Part shown: piece by piece, positions 1 through 9,673 of the stretch
How positions within the stretch are numbered: the stretch's first letter is position 1
Layout: every line of letters begins with the position of its first letter
Assembly: GCA_903904685.1 (NCBI GenBank)
Contig: CAIVDS010000056.1
Location: 32,280-96,279, forward strand
Length of the DNA: 64,000 nucleotides
DNA from: an uncultured Verrucomicrobiota bacterium
GTDB taxonomy: Bacteria > Verrucomicrobiota > Verrucomicrobiia > Opitutales > Opitutaceae
Direction of reading: 5' to 3'
The notes under the pieces: model-generated
Seen by the model: only the letters and a program-made list of their open reading frames with translations
Told to the model about the DNA's origin: nothing
The model's database searches: none
Position numbers and translations under genes: made by a program

Positions 1-18
1 GAGAGTTGAGAGCGCGCC

Positions 19-1227
19 TCACTTGATGGCAGCAAGGAGGGCGGCGACTTTGTCGGTCTGCTCCCAAGGAAGGCCGGCTTTGCCGAAGTGGCCGTAGTTG
101 GTCGTCTGGCGGTAGATCGGACGGAGGAGGTCGAGCTGCTTGACGATGTCGGCCGGCTTAAAGCTGAATACCTTCTGGATGGCGGCGGTGATTTTCTCGT
201 CAGAGATGACGCCGGTGCCAAAGGTGTTCACGTAAACACTCACAGGATTGGGGTGGCCGATCGCGTAGGCGAACTGCACCTCGACCTGCTTGGCGAGCCT
301 GGCGGCCACGATGTTTTTGGCGACCCAGCGGCCCATGTAGGCGGCCGAGCGGTCAACCTTGGACGGATCTTTGCCCGAGAAGGCGCCACCGCCGTGACGA
401 CCCCAGCCACCGTAGGAGTCTACGATGATCTTGCGTCCGGTGAGACCGGAGTCGCCCTGAGGTCCGCCGATGACGAACTTGCCGGTCGGGTTGATGAGGA
501 ACTCGGTGTTCTTCGTGAGGAGCTTGGCGGGGAGAACTTTCTTGATGACGTTCTCGATGAGGAATTTTTCGATCGTCGCATGGGCCACGTCGGCGGTGTG
601 CTGCGTGGAGATGACGACGTTGACGATCTCGGTGGCGATGCCGTCCACGTAGCGGACGGAAACCTGCGACTTCGCATCGGGGCGGAGCCATGCCACCTTG
701 CCGCTCTTGCGGATCTTGGTGAGCTCGCGGCCGAGGCGGTGAGCGAAGATGATCGGTGCGGGCATCAATTCCTTCGTCTCGTCGGCGGCGAAGCCGAACA
801 TGAGACCCTGGTCGCCGGCGCCCTGCTCGGCGGTCTTTTTGCCAGCGGCCTTCTTGGCGTCCACGCCCTGAGCGATGTCGGCGGACTGGGCGGTGAGGTA
901 GTTGTTGATGAAAACGGTGTCGGCGTGGAAGACGTCGTCGTCGTTGGTGTAGCCGATGTGACGGATGGCGTCGCGGATGACCTTGTCGATATTGATGGCC
1001 TCACCGATGGGCTTGGTCTTGCCGGTCTTCTTGTCCTGGAGCTTCGGAATGGTGATCTCGCCGCCGACGACGACGACGTTGGACTTCACGAACGTCTCGC
1101 AGGCAACGCGGGAGGTTTTGTCGATCGCGAGACAGGCATCGAGGATGCTGTCGGAAATGAGGTCGGCAACCTTGTCAGGATGCCCCTCGCCCACGGACTC
1201 GGATGAAAAAACGAATGAGTTGGCCAT
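19..1227 (-). CDS. metK: S-adenosylmethionine synthetase
   Basis: [15 protein letters not shown]-terminus, [22 protein letters not shown] and TNYGHFG motifs; 402 aa. Confidence 0.98.
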   Translation of the reverse strand: MANSFVFSSESVGEGHPDKVADLISDSILDACLAIDKTSRVACETFVKSNVVVVGGEITIPKLQDKKTGKTKPIGEAINIDKVIRDAIRHIGYTNDDDVFHADTVFINNYLTAQSADIAQGVDAKKAAGKKTAEQGAGDQGLMFGFAADETKELMPAPIIFAHRLGRELTKIRKSGKVAWLRPDAKSQVSVRYVDGIATEIVNVVISTQHTADVAHATIEKFLIENVIKKVLPAKLLTKNTEFLINPTGKFVIGGPQGDSGLTGRKIIVDSYGGWGRHGGGAFSGKDPSKVDRSAAYMGRWVAKNIVAARLAKQVEVQFAYAIGHPNPVSVYVNTFGTGVISDEKITAAIQKVFSFKPADIVKQLDLLRPIYRQTTNYGHFGKAGLPWEQTDKVAALLAAIK

Positions 1228-1357
1228 AAAGATAAGGCCGAAAATGAAGCATCAACGCAAGCCGTGTGCAAGCCCTATATCAACGCATGCGCATGCCATG
1301 ATATGATTCTTCTTACAATCTATGAAGCGCGTGCTTGGCATGCGGTGGTGACACTCT

Positions 1358-2563
1358 ATGATAGCCAATATCGCGTGGTTCTGCGTGAAAATCATTCCCA
1401 CCGATTCCCCTCACATGATTGATCCAGATAAATCTGATGTAATAGATCTCAAGGGGCTCAAAATCCTCGTAGTTGATGACGACCGCATGAACATCCGGAT
1501 TTTGCGCAGCATGTTGCTAAACGAAGGCTACGTGATTGCCGAGGCCGATTCAGCGGAAACCGCATTCTTGCGTTACGTTGAATTCCAACCAGATCTTGTG
1601 CTGCTCGACGTGCTCCTGCCCGGCCTGACGGGATTTGCAGCCTGCCGAGAGTTAAGGAAACGCCATGGGACGCAAACAGCACCCGTGATGTTTATCACGG
1701 CCAAACAGGAATCCGAGGACATCGTCGAGGGGTTCAGCGTCGGCGGAGTTGATTATGTGCTCAAACCTTTCCGCCAAAAAGAGGTGGTCGCACGCATCCG
1801 CACCCACCTACAAATCCGGTTGCTGATGTCGCAGCAGCGCGCACTGGTCGAGCAACTCGGTCGCGCCAACGCCGCCAAAAATAAATTCCTGGGCATGGCG
1901 GCGCATGATCTGCGAAACCCGCTCGCCTCCATCCGCGGCCTCGCCGAATTCTTGCGTGACGGCACAATGGGGCCACTCACCCCCGACCAGCTTGAGCTGC
2001 TCGACCTTATTTTCCAGGCCAGCCAAGGCATGGTCACCCTCGTCAACGATCTGCTCGACGTCGCCACGATCGAGTCGGGAGAGCTGAAGCTCGAAATTGC
2101 CCCAGTCGCCCTGGCAGAATTGATCAAAAAATCCATCGCGCTCAACAGCATGGAGGCTGCCCGAAAACACACGAAAATTGTATTCGCCGAGCGTCAGTCA
2201 TCCCCCGTGCTCCCGCTCGACGCCGCCAAGATCAGACAGGTCATTGATAATCTCCTCAGTAACGCCACAAAATATTCTCCGCAAGGATCGACCATACGCG
2301 TCGCGCTTTGCTCGCTGACCGACGGATCGCAAACCATCACCGTGTGCGACGAAGGCCCGGGCATCCCCGAAGGTGAGCGCGACAAACTGTTCCAAGACTT
2401 CGGCCGTCTTTCCGTCCGGCCCACCGGTGGCGAAAAATCAACCGGCCTCGGCCTTGCCATCTGCCGAAAAATTGTAGAGTCTCATCATGGAACGATTGTT
2501 GCGGAAAACCTGCCCTCGCGCGGATGTGAGTTCCGTGTAACCATACCATCCTCCCTTTCATGA
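1358..2563 (+). CDS. Hybrid REC-HisKA-HATPase histidine kinase with no sensor domain (alternative start 1415)
   Basis: REC (ILVVDDD, DLVLLDVLLPG, DYVLKP), H-box AAHDLRNPL, N-box NLLSNATKYS, DEGPGI, GLGLAIC. Confidence 0.93.
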   Translation: MIANIAWFCVKIIPTDSPHMIDPDKSDVIDLKGLKILVVDDDRMNIRILRSMLLNEGYVIAEADSAETAFLRYVEFQPDLVLLDVLLPGLTGFAACRELRKRHGTQTAPVMFITAKQESEDIVEGFSVGGVDYVLKPFRQKEVVARIRTHLQIRLLMSQQRALVEQLGRANAAKNKFLGMAAHDLRNPLASIRGLAEFLRDGTMGPLTPDQLELLDLIFQASQGMVTLVNDLLDVATIESGELKLEIAPVALAELIKKSIALNSMEAARKHTKIVFAERQSSPVLPLDAAKIRQVIDNLLSNATKYSPQGSTIRVALCSLTDGSQTITVCDEGPGIPEGERDKLFQDFGRLSVRPTGGEKSTGLGLAICRKIVESHHGTIVAENLPSRGCEFRVTIPSSLS

Positions 2564-2946
2564 CGTTCACCGGCAAAGCCCTCATCATCGACGACGAACC
2601 TCACGTTCGCAAATATATCGGCCTTGTTCTCCGCTCACTCGGCACGACCGCCATCGTGGAGGCAGCCAACGGGGTGGAAGGCTTCGCCGCCTATCAACGC
2701 GACAAGCCGGACATCGTGCTGCTCGACGTCAACATGCCGGTTCAGGACGGCATCGAAACCCTCAAGCAAATCCTCGCCTACGATCCCGAGGCCGCCGTGA
2801 TCATGCTCACCTCGCTCACCACCCGCCAGACCGCGGAAGATGCAGCCGACAACGGCGCACTGCATTATATTCGGAAGGACACCCCTCGTGACGAACTGAT
2901 GGCAATCTTGAAAGACCTTTCCCCTGAAACTTCGGAGGAAGCATAA
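2560..2946 (+). CDS. Single-domain CheY-like response regulator
   Basis: ALIIDDE, DIVLLDVNMP, MLTS, YIRK; ATGA overlap with the kinase stop. Confidence 0.93.
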   Translation: MTFTGKALIIDDEPHVRKYIGLVLRSLGTTAIVEAANGVEGFAAYQRDKPDIVLLDVNMPVQDGIETLKQILAYDPEAAVIMLTSLTTRQTAEDAADNGALHYIRKDTPRDELMAILKDLSPETSEEA

Positions 2947-2968
2947 TCCCGTCGAACTCACCGTCATC

Positions 2969-3178
2969 ATGAGCACCTGTCCACCTATCGCGACCAACGT
3001 CCCGCCATCACCGCCACAGTCCGTGATCAACGAGATCCGCTATTCCCTGCCCGAAATCCTCGCCGAACTACAGATGGAGCGGAGCACCGGATCTTTCTCC
3101 CAAGAAAAACTACACCAAGTCGAAATCGGAAAATTGTTCAAAAACAGAAAAAACCGCCGTGGCAAAACCTCCACTTAA
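2969..3178 (+). CDS. Small hypothetical protein (69 aa)
   Basis: Fills the gap between the response regulator and the ATPase on the same strand and overlaps the ATPase start; helical core IRYSLPEILAELQMER, basic tail. Confidence 0.55.
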   Translation: MSTCPPIATNVPPSPPQSVINEIRYSLPEILAELQMERSTGSFSQEKLHQVEIGKLFKNRKNRRGKTST

Positions 3179-4868
3179 CCCATCCTTTGGCGATCTCATT
3201 CGCAAGACCCGACACTTCGACTCCGAAGGCGAGCTGGCCGCGCTCGAACATCAACACGGCGAAGGCCTGCCTTTGCTCATCGCGGTCATCGAAACTAAGC
3301 TCCTCCTAAAGGATGACGCCTGCCGGCTTTATGCCGACACCCTCGGCTTTGCCTACGTTGATCCGTTTGCCTCACTGATTACCGAAGAGGCAATCGCGGC
3401 CGTCCCCATTGAGGTCGCAAAAAAGGTCGGTATGATCGGACTCTACGTGCTCGATGGCGTCCTCACCGCAGTCTTCTCGTCACCGAATGACGCCACACTG
3501 GTCAAGCGAGTTAGTCAGATCGCCCAGATCCCCATCAGTCCTGTCTTCGCGCTCCCGCGCGACATCGCGGACGCCATTCTCATCCAGTATTCAAATGAGA
3601 AAAATATTGAGGAGAGTCTCAATGAACTCGGACATTCCCGCCTGTTCGATAACCCAGACCTCGCCGCCGACCGTCTCGCCGCTCTGGCCGATTCCGAGTC
3701 GGTGGTGCAGATTCTGGACGACATCTTTTACTACGCCATCCGCGAACGGGCGACCGACATCCACATCGAGGCGCAAGAAACGGAGTCTCGTGTGCGTTTC
3801 CGCATCGATGGCCAGCTCCGCGAGGTCCTCACTTACTCTCGAAAACTGCACCGCGCGTTCATCTCGCGCATCAAAATCGTCTGTAATCTCAACATCGCCG
3901 AGTCGCGGTTCCCACAAGACGGACGCTTCTCCATGCCGGTCGGCACCAGCAAGGCCAACTTCCGCGTGTCCTCCATCCCGGCACAATATGGCGAAAAAAT
4001 GGTCATCCGCGTTCTCGCGACGACCAGCAAAAAGTCGATGGTCACCCTCGAAAAGATGATGATGTCGCAACCGATCCTTAAACCGTTCCAACGCCTTATC
4101 CAAAATCCCAACGGCATCATCTTCGTCACCGGTCCGACCGGTTCAGGCAAGACCACCACGCTTTACGCCGCGCTGCACGAAATCAACAAACCAGACACAA
4201 ACATCTCAACCATTGAGGATCCAATTGAAATCCAACTCGCCGGTGTCACCCAAACCCAAGTCAACGCCCACATCGACCTAAAGTTTTCCACCGTCCTCCG
4301 TGCACTCCTCCGGCAGGATCCCGATGTCATCCTTGTCGGTGAAATTCGCGATTTGGAGACGGCCAAGATCGCCTCAGAAGCCGCCATGACGGGCCACATT
4401 GTTTTCGCAACTCTACACACCAACAGCGCCGCCCAAGCCATCGTGCGCCTGATCGAAATCGGCGTGGAGCCCTACATGGTCGCCCCCTCCATCATAGGAG
4501 TCCTTGCCCAGCGCCTCGCGGCTCGCATCTGCGAAAACTGCAAGGAACCCTACTACCCCACCCGCGACGTCCTTAAAAAATACTTCAAGGAAGAAGGCCT
4601 CGCCGACGTTCCGTTTTTCCGAGGTCGCGGTTGCACCGCCTGCCGAGGTACCGGCTACAAGGGACGTATAGCGTTTCATGAACTGGTACTCATCACCGAA
4701 GAAATCCGCACGCTCATCACCAACAACGCCAGCGTGCAGCAAATCACAGCCGCCGCCGCCAAGGTAGGTTTCAAGCCACTGCGCTATGACGGCCTAAAAA
4801 AAGTCCTCTTAGGTCTCACCACGATTGAAGAAATTGAAGCTAATACCTCCTTCGAATGGGCAACCTGA
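3159..4868 (+). CDS. GspE/PulE/PilB-family secretion or pilus ATPase
   Basis: Walker A GPTGSGKTTT, Asp box TIEDPIE, Walker B DPDVILVGEIRD, His box TLHTNSA, tetracysteine CENC...CTAC. Confidence 0.95.
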   Translation: MAKPPLNPSFGDLIRKTRHFDSEGELAALEHQHGEGLPLLIAVIETKLLLKDDACRLYADTLGFAYVDPFASLITEEAIAAVPIEVAKKVGMIGLYVLDGVLTAVFSSPNDATLVKRVSQIAQIPISPVFALPRDIADAILIQYSNEKNIEESLNELGHSRLFDNPDLAADRLAALADSESVVQILDDIFYYAIRERATDIHIEAQETESRVRFRIDGQLREVLTYSRKLHRAFISRIKIVCNLNIAESRFPQDGRFSMPVGTSKANFRVSSIPAQYGEKMVIRVLATTSKKSMVTLEKMMMSQPILKPFQRLIQNPNGIIFVTGPTGSGKTTTLYAALHEINKPDTNISTIEDPIEIQLAGVTQTQVNAHIDLKFSTVLRALLRQDPDVILVGEIRDLETAKIASEAAMTGHIVFATLHTNSAAQAIVRLIEIGVEPYMVAPSIIGVLAQRLAARICENCKEPYYPTRDVLKKYFKEEGLADVPFFRGRGCTACRGTGYKGRIAFHELVLITEEIRTLITNNASVQQITAAAAKVGFKPLRYDGLKKVLLGLTTIEEIEANTSFEWAT

Positions 4869-4980
4869 TGCCCCTCGCCCAACCGCAAAACGGGCTTCCC
4901 GCTAATTTAATGTGAAAATCTCCCGTGACGCTTTTCAGAGCGAGTGGTGATTTGCAATCGAGCCAGATAGTTCCAACTTT

Positions 4981-5343
4981 TTGGCCATGATGGCTGACCT
5001 GATCCTAGATCCCACGGCGATTTCAAATTTGCGCACGTTGAGCCCCGATGATGGCGACGCGTTTCTAAAAGAAATTATTGGAATTTTCCTAGAGGATACC
5101 CCGATCCGAATCACCGAACTGCACAAAAGTCGCGTCTCCGGTGACGCCATCACGTTTACCCGGGCCGCCCACAGCATCAAAGGCAGTTCCAGTAATGTCG
5201 GGGCTCAAGAACTCCGCTCCATCGCGGAAAAACTCGAGTATCAGGCGCGGCAACGCGGCATTGACGATGTCGAAGCCCTCGTCGCCGAACTGGAAGCTGC
5301 ATTCATCCGGACAAAGGAAGCGTTGAAGCCGTTTACAACCTGA
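4981..5343 (+). CDS. Stand-alone Hpt (histidine phosphotransfer) protein
   Basis: AAHSIKGSSSNVGA motif in a 120 aa helical protein. Confidence 0.92.
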   Translation: MAMMADLILDPTAISNLRTLSPDDGDAFLKEIIGIFLEDTPIRITELHKSRVSGDAITFTRAAHSIKGSSSNVGAQELRSIAEKLEYQARQRGIDDVEALVAELEAAFIRTKEALKPFTT

Positions 5344-5426
5344 GATTTCCCAAGCAACTGGTTTGGCTGAGACTTTGCGTGCACTCGCTTCCACCGATAA
5401 AATGCCTAGGCGACGCCCCAATTCCG

Positions 5427-7583
5427 TCAGCGATAAAGAGCCGTGATCGGCACGGCCGTCAAAACGTTATACTGACGCATGGCCAGCCGCCACCATTCGG
5501 CCAACGACGAGACGGGATGACGCCAAAGCTCCTCGTGAAGGCAAATCATGGACTCGGCATCGAGCAGCAACGCGAGTTTCTCCTTTGACGTCAGATGCTG
5601 AGGCCCTTCGCTCAACAAGCGATGGCGCAGCAGTAAAAACCAATCACGGGATTCTTCACTGGGCCGGCGCTGACGCAGCATCGAAACATGCACGGCATTG
5701 ATGTAAGGATCGAGCACCGCCTGCAGCAGCCCGTAGTCGGCCCTTAGCGATTCGATCGGGCGCATGTGCTTGTAGCATTCCGAGAGATTCTGCGTGAGGC
5801 GCCGCAATTCATAAGTCGGCTGGGTTTCTTCGGGAGTCAGAAAAAGTCCGATCCGGCGGGCATGCCGGCCAAGGCTTTCCTTGCTGAGCACAATTGAAAG
5901 CGGAATCACCAAGACCAACCCAGCCAAAACCGGACTCAGCCACCAAAAAAAGGTCGGTAGCAGAATGAATGACGAGACCCCCCAAATAAGACCAAAAACC
6001 ATCTGGCCGCCATGCGTCAGAATAGCCTCCCGCCAGTCGGTGCCATCCTCGGCACCACGATGTTGGGCGATCCATGAAACTCCCTGCCCCAGCAAAGTTG
6101 AAAAAACAAACCGACTGTTGAAAAGCATGTGGATGGGGGCCAGCAAAACCGACTGGGCGGTTTCCAAAATCGCGCTTACGACGACAGCACCCCGTCCGCC
6201 AAAACGTTGAGCATTGGCATCGCTCTGGAGCACCACGATCACGCTGATGACCTTGGGCAGGAAGAGCAGAAGGAGGGTAAAAAGAAACAAGCTCAAGGAC
6301 TCCGGCACTTCGATGGTATGCCCGAAGACCGAGGTGTAGATTTCAGGATGAAACCGCCTCGTCGTATCGGGCAGCTGATTGAATACATGAATCGTGCTCA
6401 GCACCAGGAACAGCAACCAGAGCGGAGACGAAACGTAGGCCATCACCCCCATCAGCAAATGAATGCGGTTGGCCGGCCTAAAACCGCGGACTGCAATCAG
6501 CCATGCGTGCTGCATGTTGCCCTGACACCAGCGTCGGTCACGTTTGGCACTGTCGATCAACGTAGGCGGTCCCTCTTCGTAAGTCCCCTCGATGTCATGC
6601 GCGAGCCACACGTGCCAACCGGCTTTTCGGATGAGGGCGGCCTCCACGAAATCGTGAGACAGGATGCGTCCGCCGAACGGCTCGCGTCCCGGCAGATCCG
6701 GTAATGCACAGTGATCCATGAAAGGCTGAACACGAATGATAGCGTTGTGCCCCCAGTAATTCCCCTCGTGCTGCTGCCAGTAATTAAGCCCCGCAAGGAA
6801 AATCGGGCTGTAGAGTCGGTTGGAAAATTGCTGCAAACGAGCATACAACGACTCGCCATAAACCAAGCGGGGCGCTGTCTGGATAAGACCGGTCTGAGGA
6901 TTTTTTTCCATCAACGCCACGAGCTTGACGATGGCTTCGCCGCTCATGATCGAGTCGGCATCGAGCACCACCATGTAGCGATAGCGCTTGCCCCAGCGGC
7001 GAAGGAAATCGGCCACATTGCCAGATTTTTTATTAATCTGGTGGCGGCGCTTGCGGTAGAAAATACGCCCAAAGCCGTTGACCTGTTTGCACAGCTCAAC
7101 CCACGCGATCTCCTCCTGTATCCATTGATTGGGCTGGTTGGAATCGCTCAGGATGAAAAAATCGAAGTTCTCCAGTTTTTGCGTCTCCTGCAGGGATCGA
7201 TAGATTACCCGCAGCCCTTCGAACACCCGGCTCACATTCTCATTGAACACCGGCATAATGATCGCGGTGCTGGCCAGTGGAGTGTCCTCGTCTGTCTTTA
7301 TCGTGCTGGTAATACGATGCCGATCGCCACCACGATTGATGACATAAAACCCAAGCAACGCGGTGACAAAGCCCACCGCAATCTGCGTAAAGAGAATCAC
7401 GAATAGAATCAGCAGCGGCCACTCAAGGCCTCTAATTTTTTCATCATTCCGCCAAAACAAATCCGCCATGAACCAAGAGGCCAGACTGGTGACAAACATG
7501 ACGCTTGAGTAAAACACCGCCCGACGCCGGCGAAGGCGCTTGGGGTTGATGATCTGGAAAATCTCCGTGCTTTGCATGCTCAT
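5427..7583 (-). CDS. opgH: Glucans biosynthesis glucosyltransferase OpgH/MdoH
   Basis: IIMPVFNE, FFILSDS, KSGNVADF, VVLDADS, YWGHNAIIR, LSHDFVEA, RDRRWCQGNMQH; multiple TM segments. Confidence 0.96.
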   Translation of the reverse strand: MSMQSTEIFQIINPKRLRRRRAVFYSSVMFVTSLASWFMADLFWRNDEKIRGLEWPLLILFVILFTQIAVGFVTALLGFYVINRGGDRHRITSTIKTDEDTPLASTAIIMPVFNENVSRVFEGLRVIYRSLQETQKLENFDFFILSDSNQPNQWIQEEIAWVELCKQVNGFGRIFYRKRRHQINKKSGNVADFLRRWGKRYRYMVVLDADSIMSGEAIVKLVALMEKNPQTGLIQTAPRLVYGESLYARLQQFSNRLYSPIFLAGLNYWQQHEGNYWGHNAIIRVQPFMDHCALPDLPGREPFGGRILSHDFVEAALIRKAGWHVWLAHDIEGTYEEGPPTLIDSAKRDRRWCQGNMQHAWLIAVRGFRPANRIHLLMGVMAYVSSPLWLLFLVLSTIHVFNQLPDTTRRFHPEIYTSVFGHTIEVPESLSLFLFTLLLLFLPKVISVIVVLQSDANAQRFGGRGAVVVSAILETAQSVLLAPIHMLFNSRFVFSTLLGQGVSWIAQHRGAEDGTDWREAILTHGGQMVFGLIWGVSSFILLPTFFWWLSPVLAGLVLVIPLSIVLSKESLGRHARRIGLFLTPEETQPTYELRRLTQNLSECYKHMRPIESLRADYGLLQAVLDPYINAVHVSMLRQRRPSEESRDWFLLLRHRLLSEGPQHLTSKEKLALLLDAESMICLHEELWRHPVSSLAEWWRLAMRQYNVLTAVPITALYR

Positions 7584-7586
7584 GCT

Positions 7587-8186
7587 TCAGCGGGTGGCGT
7601 AAAAAATGGCCAGCAATGCGCCCAAAAAAACCGCCCAAAGAACAGCGGTGCGCAGCAACGGCCATTTCTCGATGGTTTCAAAAGTTTCGCCGGCCGCCTC
7701 CGTAATGGTACCAAGGTCGATGTCGCGCGGCACCATGCTCGAAACCGCCATGTCCGGCCCTGCCTTCATCGAACTGGTGCGCATCGCCGCTATAAATTCC
7801 GAAGGTGCCACCTGAGAATCAAGAAACGCATAAGGCCATTTTTCGGAACCATCGCAAAGCAGCAGGGCCACACGCCCGGCCACCGCGATGTGGTCATGCG
7901 ATATGTTTTTGATGTCGAGCATATCTCCAAACCATTGGTCCATCAGCAACTCGGTCTCCTCAACGACGAAGGTCGTGGGATCAAGGTCGGGGTTATCGGC
8001 ATGGCGGCGGGCGGCACGTTCCAAAATCACTTGGATCAATCGGCTCTGATGAAGCCGATTATGAAGCCGATGAGCGCGCAGATAGTCCTCAGCACGCAAA
8101 TAGGCAGCGTTCCATTCCTCCAATGTGCCTGTTTTAGGGCGGAAAGTCGCAAGCTGCGCCTCTACGGGTTCCACAGGTAAGTCCAT
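7587..8186 (-). CDS. Hypothetical membrane-anchored protein between opgG and opgH, candidate split OpgH N-terminal domain (ORF track start 8225, likely start 8186)
   Basis: Overlaps the opgG stop and ends 3 nt before opgH; C-terminal TM helix; P....SSM.P motif. Confidence 0.8.
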   Translation of the reverse strand: MDLPVEPVEAQLATFRPKTGTLEEWNAAYLRAEDYLRAHRLHNRLHQSRLIQVILERAARRHADNPDLDPTTFVVEETELLMDQWFGDMLDIKNISHDHIAVAGRVALLLCDGSEKWPYAFLDSQVAPSEFIAAMRTSSMKAGPDMAVSSMVPRDIDLGTITEAAGETFETIEKWPLLRTAVLWAVFLGALLAIFYATR

Positions 8187-9673
8187 GTTTCCGTAAGAAT
8201 ATGAGGCGGCTTTTGGAGGAAGCAACGGAGTTCCACAGGCCGGCCGCTGCCATCCGGGCGCAGGGCAAACGCCGCGCGCCAGGTGCCGTTGAACAGGTTT
8301 TTCTCCAGATTTTTATGCACCAAAGTCGCCCCAGCACCCACGGAGATGTTTGCAGACATATCACGCGCCGATTTTTGCGCATTGAGATAAGGTCCGTCAA
8401 AATCGACCCAAAACCGGATGAGATCGGTCTCATTGGTATGGGAACGGCCAATACGGGTGGAGACAGCATAACCTGCCGGCGGCTTCCGCCCGCCCTGGCC
8501 CTCGATGAACCAATGTAATCGGTATTCGAGTTTCAAGGGCTCGCCGATCGGAGGGAGTTGGGCAGGAACCCAGAACGCCACGATATTATCGTTGGTTTCA
8601 TCCGGCGTGGGCAGCTCGACCAGCCGCACGTCGCCCGAACCCCACTTGCCGATCGGTTCGATCCAAGTGCTGGGCCGCTCGTTGTAACGAGCCTCCAAGT
8701 CTTCGTAGGATTCGAACCGGCGGTCACGTTGCACAAGGCCGAAGCCCCGAGGGTTGTCATCACTGAACGATACCACCCGAATGGACTTGGGATTGACCAG
8801 CGGACGCCACAGCCACTCGCCACTGCCTCGCTCGATGAGCAGACCGTCGGAATCATGAACCTCAGGACGCAAGTCGTCGTGTTTTTCAGTGCTATTTTCA
8901 CCAAACCAAAACATACTGGTCATGGGCGCGATGCCGAAAACCGCCACGTCCTTACGGCGGTAAAGGGCGACTTTAACCTCCATTATGGTAGACTGCCCCG
9001 GGGTGATGATCAAACGGTATGCCCCGGCCACGCTCGGGCTGTCGAGCAAGGCGTAAACGACTATCTGCTTTGCATTGGCCACGGGGCGCTCGACCCAGAA
9101 TTCCTCAAACACCGGGAACTCCTCTCCGCCCGGTTCTGCGGTGTTGATGGCCAGGCCACGGGCGGAAAGGCCGTAACGCATGTTGCGGCCCAGCGCCCGG
9201 AAATAGCTGGCCCCTTGGAACACGGCCAGTTCATCCAGATAGTCCGGATTGTTCAGCGCATAATGGATACGGAATCCGGTAAACCCCATGTCCTCGGGAA
9301 TCGACCCGAGATCGCGGTTGGCGCCAAAATTGAAGAGATTTTTATTGTAGCGAATCAACTCGCTCTCGCCCTGCGCCACCTCCGAGATTTGCACGGTCTT
9401 ATTGAAGATAAATCCAGGATGGAAAAACTGAAGTTGAAACGGGAGTTGATCACGCAACCACCAAGCCGCATCCGGATTGAAGCGAATGTCCCTATACTGA
9501 TCGTAACTCAACTTGCGCAACGCCTCGGGCACCCGGTTGGGACGCGCCGTGTAAGGGCGGGCCGCGAGCGATTTCGCACGATACTGCAACACCTCGAAAT
9601 CAAACGGCACATCGTCCGCGCGCAACACGGCAATCCCGATCACGACCGAAACCAGCAAGAGCAATCGTTTCAT
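8162..9673 (-). CDS. opgG: Periplasmic glucan biosynthesis protein OpgG/MdoG
   Basis: Signal peptide, YDQYRDIRF, FQGASYFRA, YGLSARGLA, RPEVHDSDGL, DETNDNIVAFW, TETWTYLW. Confidence 0.96.
   Translation of the reverse strand: MKRLLLLVSVVIGIAVLRADDVPFDFEVLQYRAKSLAARPYTARPNRVPEALRKLSYDQYRDIRFNPDAAWWLRDQLPFQLQFFHPGFIFNKTVQISEVAQGESELIRYNKNLFNFGANRDLGSIPEDMGFTGFRIHYALNNPDYLDELAVFQGASYFRALGRNMRYGLSARGLAINTAEPGGEEFPVFEEFWVERPVANAKQIVVYALLDSPSVAGAYRLIITPGQSTIMEVKVALYRRKDVAVFGIAPMTSMFWFGENSTEKHDDLRPEVHDSDGLLIERGSGEWLWRPLVNPKSIRVVSFSDDNPRGFGLVQRDRRFESYEDLEARYNERPSTWIEPIGKWGSGDVRLVELPTPDETNDNIVAFWVPAQLPPIGEPLKLEYRLHWFIEGQGGRKPPAGYAVSTRIGRSHTNETDLIRFWVDFDGPYLNAQKSARDMSANISVGAGATLVHKNLEKNLFNGTWRAAFALRPDGSGRPVELRCFLQKPPHILTETWTYLWNP

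Noticed and set aside
1228-1357. SAM riboswitch upstream of metK
   Set aside because: No SAM-I (AUC...GAGGGA...GAU) or SAM-II/V core recognisable on the minus strand
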